Shown here one piece after another: positions 52,176 through 62,354 of a stretch of 64,000 nt of DNA (the first letter of the stretch is position 1; every line of letters starts with the position of its first letter). The position numbers and the translations under genes are program-made. The notes under the pieces are model-generated. The model did no database searches. It worked only from the letters and a program-made list of their open reading frames with translations, and was not told the origin of the DNA. Source of the stretch: Longimicrobiales bacterium (GTDB taxonomy: Bacteria; Gemmatimonadota; Gemmatimonadetes; Longimicrobiales; Gaopeijiaceae); NCBI GenBank assembly GCA_965226375.1, contig CBDDCX010000007.1, forward strand, positions 128,001 to 192,000, read 5' to 3'.

Positions 52176-53246
52176 TTAGCGCGGAGTGAAATCCGTGTCG
52201 ACCTCGAGCCCTTGGACGAAAGCCGCCAACAGGCGAGCCGTACTGTCCAGATCCGCGAGACTGACGACCTCGTTTGGAGAGTGCATGTAGCGGTTCGGAA
52301 CGGACACCAGCCCGGTGGGCACTCCTCCCCGGCTCAGGTAGATGGAATCCGCATCCGTACTCGTGTTCTTCGGCTGAGCCTGAATCGTGTAAGGGATGCC
52401 CTCGGATTCGGCCACCTCCACCAGGCGGTCGAACACCACGGGATGGGCGGCGGAGCCCCGGCTGAGCACGGGCCCGCCACCGAGACTGTGGTCTCCCAAC
52501 TCCTTTTTCTCGACGTCCGGCACGTCGGTGCTGAACGTCACGTCCACGACGAGCGCCACATCGGGTTCCAACGCAAAGGCACTGCTCTGGGCTCCACCCC
52601 CGGATTTGCCGCCGATCTCCTCCTGGACGGTGGCCACAGCCACCGCTGACGCTTTGGGCGACGACTCCGTGAGGATTCGCAGGGCTTCGAGCACGACGTA
52701 AGCACCGATCCGGTTGTCGATGGCGCGGCTCGCCACTCTGTCTCCCGCCAGTCGCAGCATCTGGGCGTCGATCACCAGAGGATCGCCCACCCGGAGTCCC
52801 AATTCGGCTGCCTCTTCGTCAGAGGACACTCCGACGTCGATCCACAGCTGCCCGATCTCCGATGCCTTGGAACGCTCCCGGGGCTTGATGAGATGGATGG
52901 CCTTCTTGCCCACCACCCCAGGGACTTCTCCTGAACGTCCCAAGATCCGGACTCGTTGGCCCACGAGAACCTGAGGATCCCATCCACCGATACCTGCGAT
53001 GTAGAGGATCCCCTTCTCGTCGATGTGCGTAACCTGAAGCCCGATCTCATCGATGTGCCCCGCCATCATGACACGCGGCCTGCCGTCGGGGTTCACGAGC
53101 GCGAGGGTATTTCCGGTTACGTCCGTCGTGACCGAATCGGCAAATGTTTCGGCCTCGGCACGCCATATGCGGGCCGGGAGGACCTCGAAGCCCGAAGGTC
53201 CGGGCGCGTCGAGGAGGCTCTCAAGAAAAGGGGTTGGTTGGTTCAT
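52176..53246 (-). CDS. M42 family aminopeptidase
   Basis: PSGFE, GHIDEIG, DNRIG, QEEIG, RYMHS. Confidence 0.92.
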   Translation of the reverse strand: MNQPTPFLESLLDAPGPSGFEVLPARIWRAEAETFADSVTTDVTGNTLALVNPDGRPRVMMAGHIDEIGLQVTHIDEKGILYIAGIGGWDPQVLVGQRVRILGRSGEVPGVVGKKAIHLIKPRERSKASEIGQLWIDVGVSSDEEAAELGLRVGDPLVIDAQMLRLAGDRVASRAIDNRIGAYVVLEALRILTESSPKASAVAVATVQEEIGGKSGGGAQSSAFALEPDVALVVDVTFSTDVPDVEKKELGDHSLGGGPVLSRGSAAHPVVFDRLVEVAESEGIPYTIQAQPKNTSTDADSIYLSRGGVPTGLVSVPNRYMHSPNEVVSLADLDSTARLLAAFVQGLEVDTDFTPR

Positions 53247-53351
53247 GGCTCGGAAGCTATCGGTCCAAGGAGCGCGCTCAAGGGGTGCGGTCGATACGGT
53301 GTGCGGGGAAGTTCCGCAAACCCCGAGGCGCTCAGGCTCCGCTCAGCGCCC

Positions 53352-53840
53352 TCAGTTGAGCTCGTTCTTTGAGTCGTCCCAGGGAGAGGGCTCCGACGGA
53401 CGGGTCTCCCAGCCAGGCTGCCCGGCTGCCCAGCCCTGACCGCCCAGGACCGTCATCTGGATGGCGCCGTCCCGGATGCTCTGCTCCATGCGTTGCCTCA
53501 CCCGGCGCTGAATCGCCCGACGAGTAGACGGGAGAAGAAGACTGAACCCCACGAAGTCTGTGAGGATGCCGGGCGTGAGGAGAAGTGCGCCGCCCACGAG
53601 AATGCTCATGCCGTCCATGATCGCCTGGCCTGGCAGGTGTCCCCTGGCAAGATCCGCTCGGAGCTTCCAGAGGGTGCGGAGACCCTCGAGGCGGGCCAGC
53701 CAGGCGCCCGTCAGCCCGGTAAACACGACCAAGGCCATCGTGGGCAGGAATCCCACCACCTGCCCTACCTCGATCAGCAGGGCGAGCTCGAGTAGCGGCA
53801 CGATGACGAACAGGAGCGCGAGTTTGGCAAGAACGTTCAT
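53352..53840 (-). CDS. fxsA: FxsA family membrane protein
   Basis: FVIVPLLEL.LLI.VG, GGALLLTPG.LTD..G. Confidence 0.92.
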   Translation of the reverse strand: MNVLAKLALLFVIVPLLELALLIEVGQVVGFLPTMALVVFTGLTGAWLARLEGLRTLWKLRADLARGHLPGQAIMDGMSILVGGALLLTPGILTDFVGFSLLLPSTRRAIQRRVRQRMEQSIRDGAIQMTVLGGQGWAAGQPGWETRPSEPSPWDDSKNELN

Positions 53841-53946
53841 GACTTGTGACTACACCGTGTCTTCCACGCTGGTCCGGCTCCCGCTCTTGACTTGTCCTCT
53901 GGTCAGGTCAAATCTGCACCTCACGTCACTCGCAGACTCCGCAGCA

Positions 53947-54021
53947 CAGTTGTACCTGGAGCCGTTGTACCCGAAGCAGTTACACCTGAAGCCGTTACAC
54001 CTGAAGCAGTAACACCCGGAG
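53947..54021 (+). repeat. Five imperfect 15-bp tandem repeats in the leader of the aminotransferase pair
   Basis: CAGTTGTACCTGGAG CCGTTGTACCCGAAG CAGTTACACCTGAAG CCGTTACACCTGAAG CAGTAACACCCGGAG. Confidence 0.9.
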
Positions 54022-54027
54022 GGGAAG

Positions 54028-55140
54028 ATGCTCGTATCGAGGCGGTCTCTACTTAGTGCTCGGCTCCCTCGAGAAGACCGGGCGTCTCTTCCGGCACCGG
54101 GCGACGTCAAGATCGACGGAAACGAGAATCCGCTCGGACCGGGGCCGACGGCCATGAAGGCTCTGGTCGGGATGTTCGATCAAGCGGGCCGATATCCGTT
54201 CAACAGCAGTCCGAGCCACATCGACCTGCTCGCCGCGTTGGCCGACCACTTCGACACGACGCCCGATCATATCGCGCTTGGGTTGGGATCGAGTGAGATC
54301 CTGAGCAGTGCAGTACGACTGTTCGCGGGCCCGGATCGTCCCGTGATCACGAGCGGGCTCTCCTTCGCCGCTCCGATCACGGCCGCCAAGCAGTATGGCT
54401 ACCCGTGGACCGGCGTGCCGCTCGACGCCGACCTGAAGCTCGACCTGGAAGCGATGGCCGAGGCGGCTCGGGGCGCCGGGATGGTCTATATCTGCAACCC
54501 GAACAATCCGACTGCCACGCTGCACCCCGCTGCGGCAATCGAGCGCTTCGTAAACGACGTGCACGAGACCTCGCCCGACACCGTGATCCTCATCGACGAG
54601 GCCTATCACGACTACGTGACCGATCCCGCGCACCGGACCGCGATCCCGTTCGCCATCCAACGGCCCAACGTCGTGGTGGCGCGCACGTTCTCCAAGGCGT
54701 ACGGCATGGCGGGCCTCAGGCTCGGATACGGTATCGGGCAAGTCGAGACGATGGAGCCGATGCGTAAGAATCAGATGTCGGCCAACACCAATGTGCTGGT
54801 GATGGCTGCGGCCGTCGCTTCGCTAGGGGATCGCGGGCACATCGAGCGGGAGCGGGCCCGCAACACCGAGGTCCGGGGATTCGTCACGGACTTCTTCGAG
54901 CGGTCGGGCTTCCGGGTTCCCGAGTCGCAGGGCAACTTCTTGTTCGTGGAGCTCGGGCGGCCGGCCGCCGAGTTTCGAGCGGCTTGCGCCGAGCAACACG
55001 TGTTCGTGGCACGGGACTTTCCACCGATGGAGAAGACGCACTGTCGCATCTCCTTCGGGACCATGGCCGAGATGCGCAGAGCGTGTCGGGTCTTCGCCGA
55101 CGTGCTCGGCGTCGATGCTCCAACGGAGGCCCCACAATGA
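54028..55140 (+). CDS. HisC-like class I/II PLP aminotransferase (copy 1)
   Basis: NENPLG, CNPNNPT, DEAY, RTFSKAYGMAGLRLG. Confidence 0.9.
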   Translation: MLVSRRSLLSARLPREDRASLPAPGDVKIDGNENPLGPGPTAMKALVGMFDQAGRYPFNSSPSHIDLLAALADHFDTTPDHIALGLGSSEILSSAVRLFAGPDRPVITSGLSFAAPITAAKQYGYPWTGVPLDADLKLDLEAMAEAARGAGMVYICNPNNPTATLHPAAAIERFVNDVHETSPDTVILIDEAYHDYVTDPAHRTAIPFAIQRPNVVVARTFSKAYGMAGLRLGYGIGQVETMEPMRKNQMSANTNVLVMAAAVASLGDRGHIERERARNTEVRGFVTDFFERSGFRVPESQGNFLFVELGRPAAEFRAACAEQHVFVARDFPPMEKTHCRISFGTMAEMRRACRVFADVLGVDAPTEAPQ

Positions 55141-56318
55141 GCGCCCGGAGGCAGGGAGGACCGGTTTCGAGACGAAGCTTTGTCGCAAGCATGGGACTCG
55201 GGGCAGCATACATCTCCGCGCGGGGCCACGAGGCGTGGGCAAGCGCACTGAACGAAGGCCGTACCGCAGACCCGTTCGCGCTAACGCAGACCAGCAGCAT
55301 CATTCTGAGCAGCAACGAGAATCCGCTCGGGCCGGGCGAGCATGTCCTCGCCGCGATGCGGGGGGTCCTCGGTCCGGACGGGGCCGGCGCCGCTCGGTAC
55401 ATGTTCGCTCAGGCAGACGAGGCGCGGGCGGCAGTCGCCGAGGCACACGGCGTCACGGTGCAGAACGTCCGGCTCGGTACCGGCTCGTCGGAGATCCTGC
55501 GTCTGGCCGCCGATCTGTTCACATCAGTAGACCGGCCGGTGGTGAGCCCGGACCCGACCTTCGAGTCGGCTGCCACATACGCTGCTTTCCTCGGCGCCGA
55601 AGTGAAGCGCGTCCGGATCGGCTCCGACTTCAGGAGCGATCTCGACGCGATGATCGACGCGTGCGACGGGGCCGGTCTGGTGGTTCACTGCAATCCGAAC
55701 AATCCGACCGCGACCGTACACTCCGCCTCGAGCACACGTGATTTTATCGAACGTGTGCACCGCCGCTCCCCGGGCACCATGATTCTGGTGGACGAGGCCT
55801 ATCACCATTACGTGACCGATCCCGACTACGAGAGTGCGATTCCGATCGCCGTCGAGAATCCGAAGGTCATGGTGGCCCGGACCTTCTCAAAGGCATACGG
55901 AATGGCGGGGCTCCGGATCGGCTTTGCCGTGGCGCACGCGGAGACGATCAGAGAGTTCATCGAGTTGCGGGGCCCGGACAGGTCCATGAACGTGCCGGGC
56001 CGAGTGGGTGTGGTGGCAGCTCTCGAGCGCGGGAACGGCCCCGTGATGGAGGAACAGCGGCGCAACACCTCCGTGCGGGACTTCACCCGCAAGTTCTTCC
56101 ACGACGCGGGCTACGAAGACACGGACTCCCAGGCCAACTTCATACTGGTCGACATTCGCCAATCGGCTCAGGAGTTCCGGCAGGCCTGCGCAGAGCAGGG
56201 GGTCCGGATCGGCGAGGGCTCTGCACTGTACCCGAACCACACCCGCATCACGATGGGTACGCAAGCCGAGATGGATCTTGCTACGCAGGTGTTCGCCAGC
56301 GTGCTCGGATTCGCCTAA
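55137..56318 (+). CDS. HisC-like class I/II PLP aminotransferase with Tat signal (copy 2)
   Basis: ATGA overlap; SRRSFV + h-region; SNENPLG, CNPNNPT, RTFSKAYGMAGLRIG. Confidence 0.9.
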   Translation: MSARRQGGPVSRRSFVASMGLGAAYISARGHEAWASALNEGRTADPFALTQTSSIILSSNENPLGPGEHVLAAMRGVLGPDGAGAARYMFAQADEARAAVAEAHGVTVQNVRLGTGSSEILRLAADLFTSVDRPVVSPDPTFESAATYAAFLGAEVKRVRIGSDFRSDLDAMIDACDGAGLVVHCNPNNPTATVHSASSTRDFIERVHRRSPGTMILVDEAYHHYVTDPDYESAIPIAVENPKVMVARTFSKAYGMAGLRIGFAVAHAETIREFIELRGPDRSMNVPGRVGVVAALERGNGPVMEEQRRNTSVRDFTRKFFHDAGYEDTDSQANFILVDIRQSAQEFRQACAEQGVRIGEGSALYPNHTRITMGTQAEMDLATQVFASVLGFA

Positions 56319-56463
56319 GAGCCGCGACCTTCGCCCCGCCGAGGGGTACCGCTTCGCCCGTCACGGCGGCCCGTTGCTTCGCGTGAGCCAAGAGGACCAT
56401 TAGTTTTGGTCCCGCGGCGGCGCATCGTGACACCGCTGTTGCAGCGCCCGGAGCTGGAGGCTC

Positions 56464-57696
56464 ATGGAAGGCACGTATTTTCGTAAGGGGTTCGGCCTCA
56501 AAGCCGAGGTACGACCCCTCATCGACGCCGAGTACCACTCGGCACTGGTGCAGAGCATTCGCAGCTCTGGAAACATTCAGGTCTTGGGCGACGTGACGGT
56601 GCGGTTGGCCGAGGAGTTCGGTTTCTGCTACGGGGTCGACCGCGCCATCGACTACGCATACGAGACTCGTCACAAGTTCCCGGACCGGCGAATCCACCTG
56701 GTCGGCGAGATCATCCACAACCCCCACGTGAATCAGCGCATTCGCGACATGGGGATGAAGTTCATCCATCCCGACGACACGGGCACGTTCGATTTCTCGC
56801 ATCTGACGGAAGAGGACGTCGTGGTCATGCCGGCCTTCGGTGTGACGATGGGTGACTTCAGCGCTCTGAGAGACATCGGCTGTGTGCTCGTAGACACCAC
56901 CTGCGGATCGGTGCTGTTGGTGTGGAAGCGGGTCGAAAGCTACGCTCGGGACGGATTCACCGCGCTGATTCACGGCAAGCACTACCACGAAGAGTCGAGG
57001 GCGACGGCTTCTCAGGTCCGGAGGTACGAGGGTGGTACGTACATCATCGTGCGAGACATGGCCGAGGCAGAAATCCTCTGTGACTACGTCGCCGGTCGCC
57101 CGCAGCGCCTCTCTAGGAAGGACTTCGTCGAGCACTTCAGCGAGAAGACCTCCGCGGGCTTCGATCCGGACATCGACCTGCTCAAGATCGGCGTGGCGAA
57201 CCAGACGACCATGCTCGCCAACGAATCGATGGCCATCGGCGCCAAGGTCCGGGACGCGATGGTCGAGGTCCGTGGCGAGGCGAACGCCGAAGAAAATTTT
57301 CGCTCCTTCGGGACCATCTGCTCGGCAACCCAGGAACGGCAGGACGCCATTCAGAAGATGATGGACGAAGGGCCACCCGAGGTCATGATCGTGATCGGCG
57401 GATACAATTCCTCCAATACCGACCACCTGGCTCACCTCTGTCGGGATTTCACCGTGACGTATCACATCGGAGACGCAACTTGTATCGACGTGAACGAGGG
57501 CGTGATTCGCCACAAACCGGGCTTGGGTGGTGATACGGCCGAGCAATTGGAGAGGGACTGGCTACCGGAAGGACCCTTCGACCTCGGCATCACGGCTGGA
57601 GCGTCGACGCCCAACAACAAGATCGGCGAGGCCCTGGTGCGGATCATTCAGATCCGCGGGATGGAGTCCGCCTTGCCGGAGGGCGGGAGCTCCTAG
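56464..57696 (+). CDS. ispH: 4-hydroxy-3-methylbut-2-enyl diphosphate reductase (long form)
   Basis: FGFCYGVDRA, IIHNP, DTTC, NQTTM, TICSATQERQ, SSNT, TAGASTP. Confidence 0.95.
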   Translation: MEGTYFRKGFGLKAEVRPLIDAEYHSALVQSIRSSGNIQVLGDVTVRLAEEFGFCYGVDRAIDYAYETRHKFPDRRIHLVGEIIHNPHVNQRIRDMGMKFIHPDDTGTFDFSHLTEEDVVVMPAFGVTMGDFSALRDIGCVLVDTTCGSVLLVWKRVESYARDGFTALIHGKHYHEESRATASQVRRYEGGTYIIVRDMAEAEILCDYVAGRPQRLSRKDFVEHFSEKTSAGFDPDIDLLKIGVANQTTMLANESMAIGAKVRDAMVEVRGEANAEENFRSFGTICSATQERQDAIQKMMDEGPPEVMIVIGGYNSSNTDHLAHLCRDFTVTYHIGDATCIDVNEGVIRHKPGLGGDTAEQLERDWLPEGPFDLGITAGASTPNNKIGEALVRIIQIRGMESALPEGGSS

Positions 57697-57718
57697 AAGA
57701 GGCCCCGGGGCACCCACA

Positions 57719-58255
57719 CTAAGATGCGCCGGCGGCCTCGGATGCGGGCGTAAAATCACTGGCGAGTCCCTTACCCAGCTTCTTGAGCAGTTCCCTAAGC
57801 GTCTCCTGTGCCTCCGGCTCCAACCCCGACGCGAGCTCGCGAATGAAGCTCGCATGTGTCAGGAAGACATCCGAAATCACCCGCTGTCCTTCGGGCGTGA
57901 GCTTGGCTTGTACGACCCGGCGATCCTCTCCGGACCGATCACGGTAGACCAGGCCCTGCTCTTCGAGGCGGTCCATCACGTAGGTCACGTTACCACCGGT
58001 AACCAGCAGCTTGTCCGCTAGCTCCCCCAGGGACAACGGCCCGAGGTGTAAGAGGGCTTCGAGGATCCCGAACTGGGGAGCGGTCAAGCCGTACTCGGTT
58101 ATCTTGCTCGTCACCGAGCGCGCGAACGTGAAGTAGCAGCGGGCTAGGGCGATCCACACCCTGAGCGCACGCTCTTCCTCGCGGCCCCACCCTCTGGAGG
58201 CCGGCGCGTCGACCGCGAACCCGCGGGAAGCCTTGCCGTCCTGGGTATCCAGCAT
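57719..58255 (-). CDS. MarR family regulator
   Basis: GLTAPQF, VTGGNVTYVMDRLE, DRR...LTPEG. Confidence 0.9.
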   Translation of the reverse strand: MLDTQDGKASRGFAVDAPASRGWGREEERALRVWIALARCYFTFARSVTSKITEYGLTAPQFGILEALLHLGPLSLGELADKLLVTGGNVTYVMDRLEEQGLVYRDRSGEDRRVVQAKLTPEGQRVISDVFLTHASFIRELASGLEPEAQETLRELLKKLGKGLASDFTPASEAAGAS

Positions 58256-58276
58256 CCGCTTGCCTCCTTCGTAATC

Positions 58277-59680
58277 CTAGATGTGGATGGGCCGTCCCAA
58301 GGCGGCCAACGCCCCTTCCGCTATAGCTTCGGAAAGAGTGGGATGCGGGTGCATGGCCCGATCCATCTCGTCGACGGTGGACTCCAGGTGGCGCCCGACG
58401 ACGAATTCTCCGATGAGCTCCGTCGCGTGGGGTCCAACGATGTGGGCGCCCAGGATCTCGGAATACTTCTTGCCGCGGATCACCTTCACGAAGCCCTCTG
58501 TATGCCCGGCGGCCAGCGCGCGGCCATTGCCGAGCCAGGGAAACTTGCCCACCTCGATCTCGTAGCCTTCGTCGAGAGCTTGCTGCTCGGTCAGGCCGAC
58601 GGAGGCCACCTCGGGATGACAGTATGTGCAGTTCGGGACGTTGCCGTAGTCGACAGGCCCGTGCCCGACGCCGGCAATCTTTTCGACACAGATCACGCCC
58701 TCGTGCATGGCCTTGTGCGCCAGAAGTTGCTTGCCGGCGCAGTCGCCTAGTGCGTACACACCCGGGACCTTGGTCTGCATGAAGTCGTCCACCGCAAAGA
58801 ACCCGCGCTCGTCGAGCTGAACGCCCGCCGCCTCGAGACCCAGGTCGGAAGAATTCGGTACGCGACCCACCGCAGAGAGGACGTTTTGGACGGCCAGCGT
58901 CTGGACTTCACCCTTCTTGTCCTTGAAGGTCAGGAGGACCGACTTCTCGCCGATCTCCGCCCCCTCCACCATCGCGGAGGTGAAGAAATCCATGCCCCGC
59001 TTCTTGAAGCTACGCTGCACGGTCGACGAGCAATCCTTGTCTTCCAGCGGGAGAATCCGGTCCAGGGCCTCGATGACCGTGACCTTGGTGCCGTAGGCGT
59101 TGAAGACGTCGGCGAACTCCATGCCCACCGCGCCCGCGCCGACCACGGCGAGCGACTCGGGAGCCTCTGGCTGGAAAAGTGCACCGGTGGACGACCATAC
59201 GCGGTCCTCGTCGATGGGCAGCACCGGGATGTCCCGGGGTCGGGATCCGGTGGCCAGAATAATGTGCGACGCTGCATACGACTCCTTGGAGCCGTCTCCA
59301 GCCTCTACCTCGACCCTGCTCCCGCCCAGCAGCCGACCGCGCCCCTCGATATGGGTCACCTTGTACTTCTTGAACAGGTGTGCCACGCCCTTGCTCAACT
59401 GGCCGGCGATGGCCCTGCTTCGCTCCTGCGCCGGCCCCAGGCTGGCATTGACCGCATCGAAGGTTATGCCGTGGGAGCCGGCCGTCTTCAACTCGTTGAC
59501 CAGGGCGGCACTCGTAAGGAGCGCCTTGGTGGGTATACATCCGATATTCAGGCATACGCCCCCGAGTTTATCCTCCTCGATGCACGCCGTGCTCAGGCCC
59601 AGCTGTCCCGCCCGTATGGCCGCCACGTAGCCTCCGGGACCGGCACCGATGACGAGAACGTCAAAACTCTTCTCTGACAC
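58277..59680 (-). CDS. lpdA: Dihydrolipoyl dehydrogenase
   Basis: GAGPGGY, GGVCLNIGCIPTK, HPHPTLSE. Confidence 0.96.
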   Translation of the reverse strand: MSEKSFDVLVIGAGPGGYVAAIRAGQLGLSTACIEEDKLGGVCLNIGCIPTKALLTSAALVNELKTAGSHGITFDAVNASLGPAQERSRAIAGQLSKGVAHLFKKYKVTHIEGRGRLLGGSRVEVEAGDGSKESYAASHIILATGSRPRDIPVLPIDEDRVWSSTGALFQPEAPESLAVVGAGAVGMEFADVFNAYGTKVTVIEALDRILPLEDKDCSSTVQRSFKKRGMDFFTSAMVEGAEIGEKSVLLTFKDKKGEVQTLAVQNVLSAVGRVPNSSDLGLEAAGVQLDERGFFAVDDFMQTKVPGVYALGDCAGKQLLAHKAMHEGVICVEKIAGVGHGPVDYGNVPNCTYCHPEVASVGLTEQQALDEGYEIEVGKFPWLGNGRALAAGHTEGFVKVIRGKKYSEILGAHIVGPHATELIGEFVVGRHLESTVDEMDRAMHPHPTLSEAIAEGALAALGRPIHI

Positions 59681-59953
59681 GCCCTACCCTCTTTCGAAGA
59701 ACGAACCCGATCGCCGACCGACACACGAGCGGGCACGCCAGGATTCCACATGTTTGGGCCCGGTTCCGGCCCTGCGGATCGGCCCCGGGAACGGCGCTTG
59801 AAGTTAGACGGGCCGCGTGGGCAGGTAAACCCTCCCCGGGGCCTTGAGAAGAGTACTCGGGCATGAGTCGTATTCCTTTGCAGTCGGGAGCGGCGCGGCC
59901 TATTCTGCTTCAGGTTCTGCCCGTCCCCTCACTCCTCGGGTAGGAGGGTCCAG

Positions 59954-60511
59954 ATGTGGGAATTGATCGTAGTGGGCGCCGTCGTTCTCGGTGGCGTCGG
60001 GCTGTACAACTCCTTGGTGAAGCTCAGAGAAATGGCGGACGCGGCCTGGGCGGACATCGATGTCCAACTCAAGCGAAGATATGACCTGATTCCCAACATC
60101 GTCGAGACGGTGAAGGGATACGCGTCTCACGAGCAGAAGACATTGGAGGCGGTGGTGCAGGCCCGATCTTCGGCCATGTCCGCACAGGGGCCGGCGCAGA
60201 AGGGGCAGGCCGAAGGTATGCTGACGGGAGCGCTCAAGTCCTTGTTCGCACTGTCCGAAGCGTATCCGGACCTGAAAGCTGCAGGAGGCTTCCAGGATCT
60301 TCAGGGGACACTCGCCGACCTGGAGAGCTCCGTCCAGAACGCCCGTCGTTATTACAACGCGGTGGTGCGAGACTACAACACGAAGATCCATTCCGTGCCA
60401 TCGAACATCGTTGCCAAGAGCTTCAACTTCGCCGAACGGGAGTTCTTCGAGATCCCAGAGGCCGAAAAGGCCGTGCCCCAGGTAAAGTTTACCGACGACA
60501 GCAACGGCTGA
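59954..60511 (+). CDS. lemA: LemA family protein
   Basis: IDVQLKRRYDLIPN.VETVKGYA.HE, EAYPDLKA, ARRYYN. Confidence 0.95.
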   Translation: MWELIVVGAVVLGGVGLYNSLVKLREMADAAWADIDVQLKRRYDLIPNIVETVKGYASHEQKTLEAVVQARSSAMSAQGPAQKGQAEGMLTGALKSLFALSEAYPDLKAAGGFQDLQGTLADLESSVQNARRYYNAVVRDYNTKIHSVPSNIVAKSFNFAEREFFEIPEAEKAVPQVKFTDDSNG

Positions 60512-60550
60512 TTCGTCCGGCCAAATCCTGACAGGCGGGGAGGGATCATC

Positions 60551-62317
60551 ATGCGAACGCTCACACGGCGTCTCGGGATTACGCTGGCCGCCAGTCTCGT
60601 GCTGGCGGCCGGCAGTAGCTCACTGTCGGCCCAGTCGAAGAAGCTCGAGATCGAGCGCTTCGATGCGGAGATCTCCGTGGCGGAAAGCGGCCGGGTCCAC
60701 GTCTCCGAGGCGATCCTTTTTCGTTTTACGGGCTCCTGGAATGGAGTCTACCGGGACATTCCCGTCATCTATACGACGCCCAGCGGCTTCAACCTCCGCC
60801 TGGAGCTGAACGTACACTCCGTCACGGCTGAGGACGGCACGGCCCTGCGATACGAAGAGAGCCGGGAGCGGCACTACAAGAGAATTAAGATTTGGGTGCC
60901 CGAGGCGGTCGATGTCAGCCGAACCATCAACATTCAGTATTCCTCCCCGAATGCCCTGCGCTTCATCGACGCGGAGGAGAGCGAGTTCGAAGCAGGGCAC
61001 GACGAGCTCTACTGGAACGTGACCGGTGACGAGTGGGAGATCCCCATCTTCGCCGCCAGCGCTCGCATCATCGTTCCGCCCGAGGTGACCGGCCTCAGGG
61101 CGCGAGTGTACACGGGCGGTCTCGGTTCCACAGCTTCCAACGCTCAGATGCGTGAAATAGAATCAGGATTCTATTTTGAGACGACGCACGCGCTGGACAT
61201 GCAGGAAGGGATGACCGTTTCCATGGCCTGGGACCCGGGCGTCATCGCACGCCCCACGGTCGCCCAGAAGGTGAACCGCTTCTTCGGCGCCAATTGGATC
61301 TTCCTGTCACCGATCATGAGTTTCCTGTTCATGTTTCAGCTGTGGCGCCTTCGTGGACGCGATCCGACCCGCCGGGCGATCCCACCCCAGTACAAGCCGC
61401 CCGAAGGACTCACGCCCGCCGAGATCGGCACACTCATCGACAACAGCCCCGATATGCGGGACATCACGGCCTCGATGGTCGACCTCGCGGTGCGCGGCTA
61501 CATCAAGATCGAGGAGCAGGAGCGCACCGGAATCCTGGGCATGCTGAAGGGCAATTCCTATTCGTTCGTGATGCTCAGGGATCTCGACCAGTGGTCCGGG
61601 CTGCAAACGCACGAGCACTCACTCATGAGTGGGCTCTTCGACGGAGGATCCAGGAAGCACGTCGACCTCGACGAACTGGAGAACGAGTTCTACAAACATG
61701 TGAGTGACATCAAGGACGGGATCTACAGCCGGCTCCTGGGGCTAGGCTTCTACCACCACCGTCCCGACCGCGTGATCGGTGCCTATGTGCGCAGTGGTAT
61801 CGCCCTGGGGGTCTTCATGGTGATGGGGTTGAGGTTTTTTGGTGATGCCCTTTCCTTGCCGATAGGCGCGGGTGTGACCGCAGCCATCCTGAGCGCCCTG
61901 CCCGTCATGGGCTTCGGCCTCGTCATGCCCGCCCGCACCGTCAAGGGCGCCCGACAGCTCGAGCACATCCTCGGATTCCAGGAGTTCCTCGATCGGGTCG
62001 AATCGGACCACTTTCGCCGCATGATCGACTCACCGGAGATGTTCGAGCGATATCTCCCTCATGCTATGGCGCTTCAGGTCGAGAAGAAGTGGGCGCGCGC
62101 TTTCGAGGACCTGTACAAGGAGCCACCCGACTGGTATTCGGGACCGGCGGGACATCGCTTCCACCCCACGCTCTTCGTAGCCAACCTCGGTAGCATGACC
62201 GGGCGGGTGGGGAGCGCCATGACGTCGCAGCCGAGAAGTAGCGGAGGTTCGGGCTTCAGCGGGGGAGGGGGCTTCAGCGGAGGTGGGTTCGGAGGCGGAG
62301 GCGGAGGCGGCTTCTAA
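60551..62317 (+). CDS. DUF2207 membrane protein
   Basis: ELYWNVTG..W, VDLAVRGY, FERYLP.A.AL, Gly-rich C-terminus. Confidence 0.9.
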   Translation: MRTLTRRLGITLAASLVLAAGSSSLSAQSKKLEIERFDAEISVAESGRVHVSEAILFRFTGSWNGVYRDIPVIYTTPSGFNLRLELNVHSVTAEDGTALRYEESRERHYKRIKIWVPEAVDVSRTINIQYSSPNALRFIDAEESEFEAGHDELYWNVTGDEWEIPIFAASARIIVPPEVTGLRARVYTGGLGSTASNAQMREIESGFYFETTHALDMQEGMTVSMAWDPGVIARPTVAQKVNRFFGANWIFLSPIMSFLFMFQLWRLRGRDPTRRAIPPQYKPPEGLTPAEIGTLIDNSPDMRDITASMVDLAVRGYIKIEEQERTGILGMLKGNSYSFVMLRDLDQWSGLQTHEHSLMSGLFDGGSRKHVDLDELENEFYKHVSDIKDGIYSRLLGLGFYHHRPDRVIGAYVRSGIALGVFMVMGLRFFGDALSLPIGAGVTAAILSALPVMGFGLVMPARTVKGARQLEHILGFQEFLDRVESDHFRRMIDSPEMFERYLPHAMALQVEKKWARAFEDLYKEPPDWYSGPAGHRFHPTLFVANLGSMTGRVGSAMTSQPRSSGGSGFSGGGGFSGGGFGGGGGGGF

Positions 62318-62354
62318 GACCGGGAGGTGGCCTCCGGGAGCGGAACGGCAGCTT

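Noticed and set aside
53947..54021. Possible CRISPR array
   Set aside because: Units are contiguous 15-mers with no unique spacers, and no cas genes are present
46826..57546. Long antisense ORFs (e.g. 46826-48298, 56281-57546; also 21858-23105, 27384-28439)
   Set aside because: Shadow frames of well-supported genes in high-GC DNA, with no recognisable motifs
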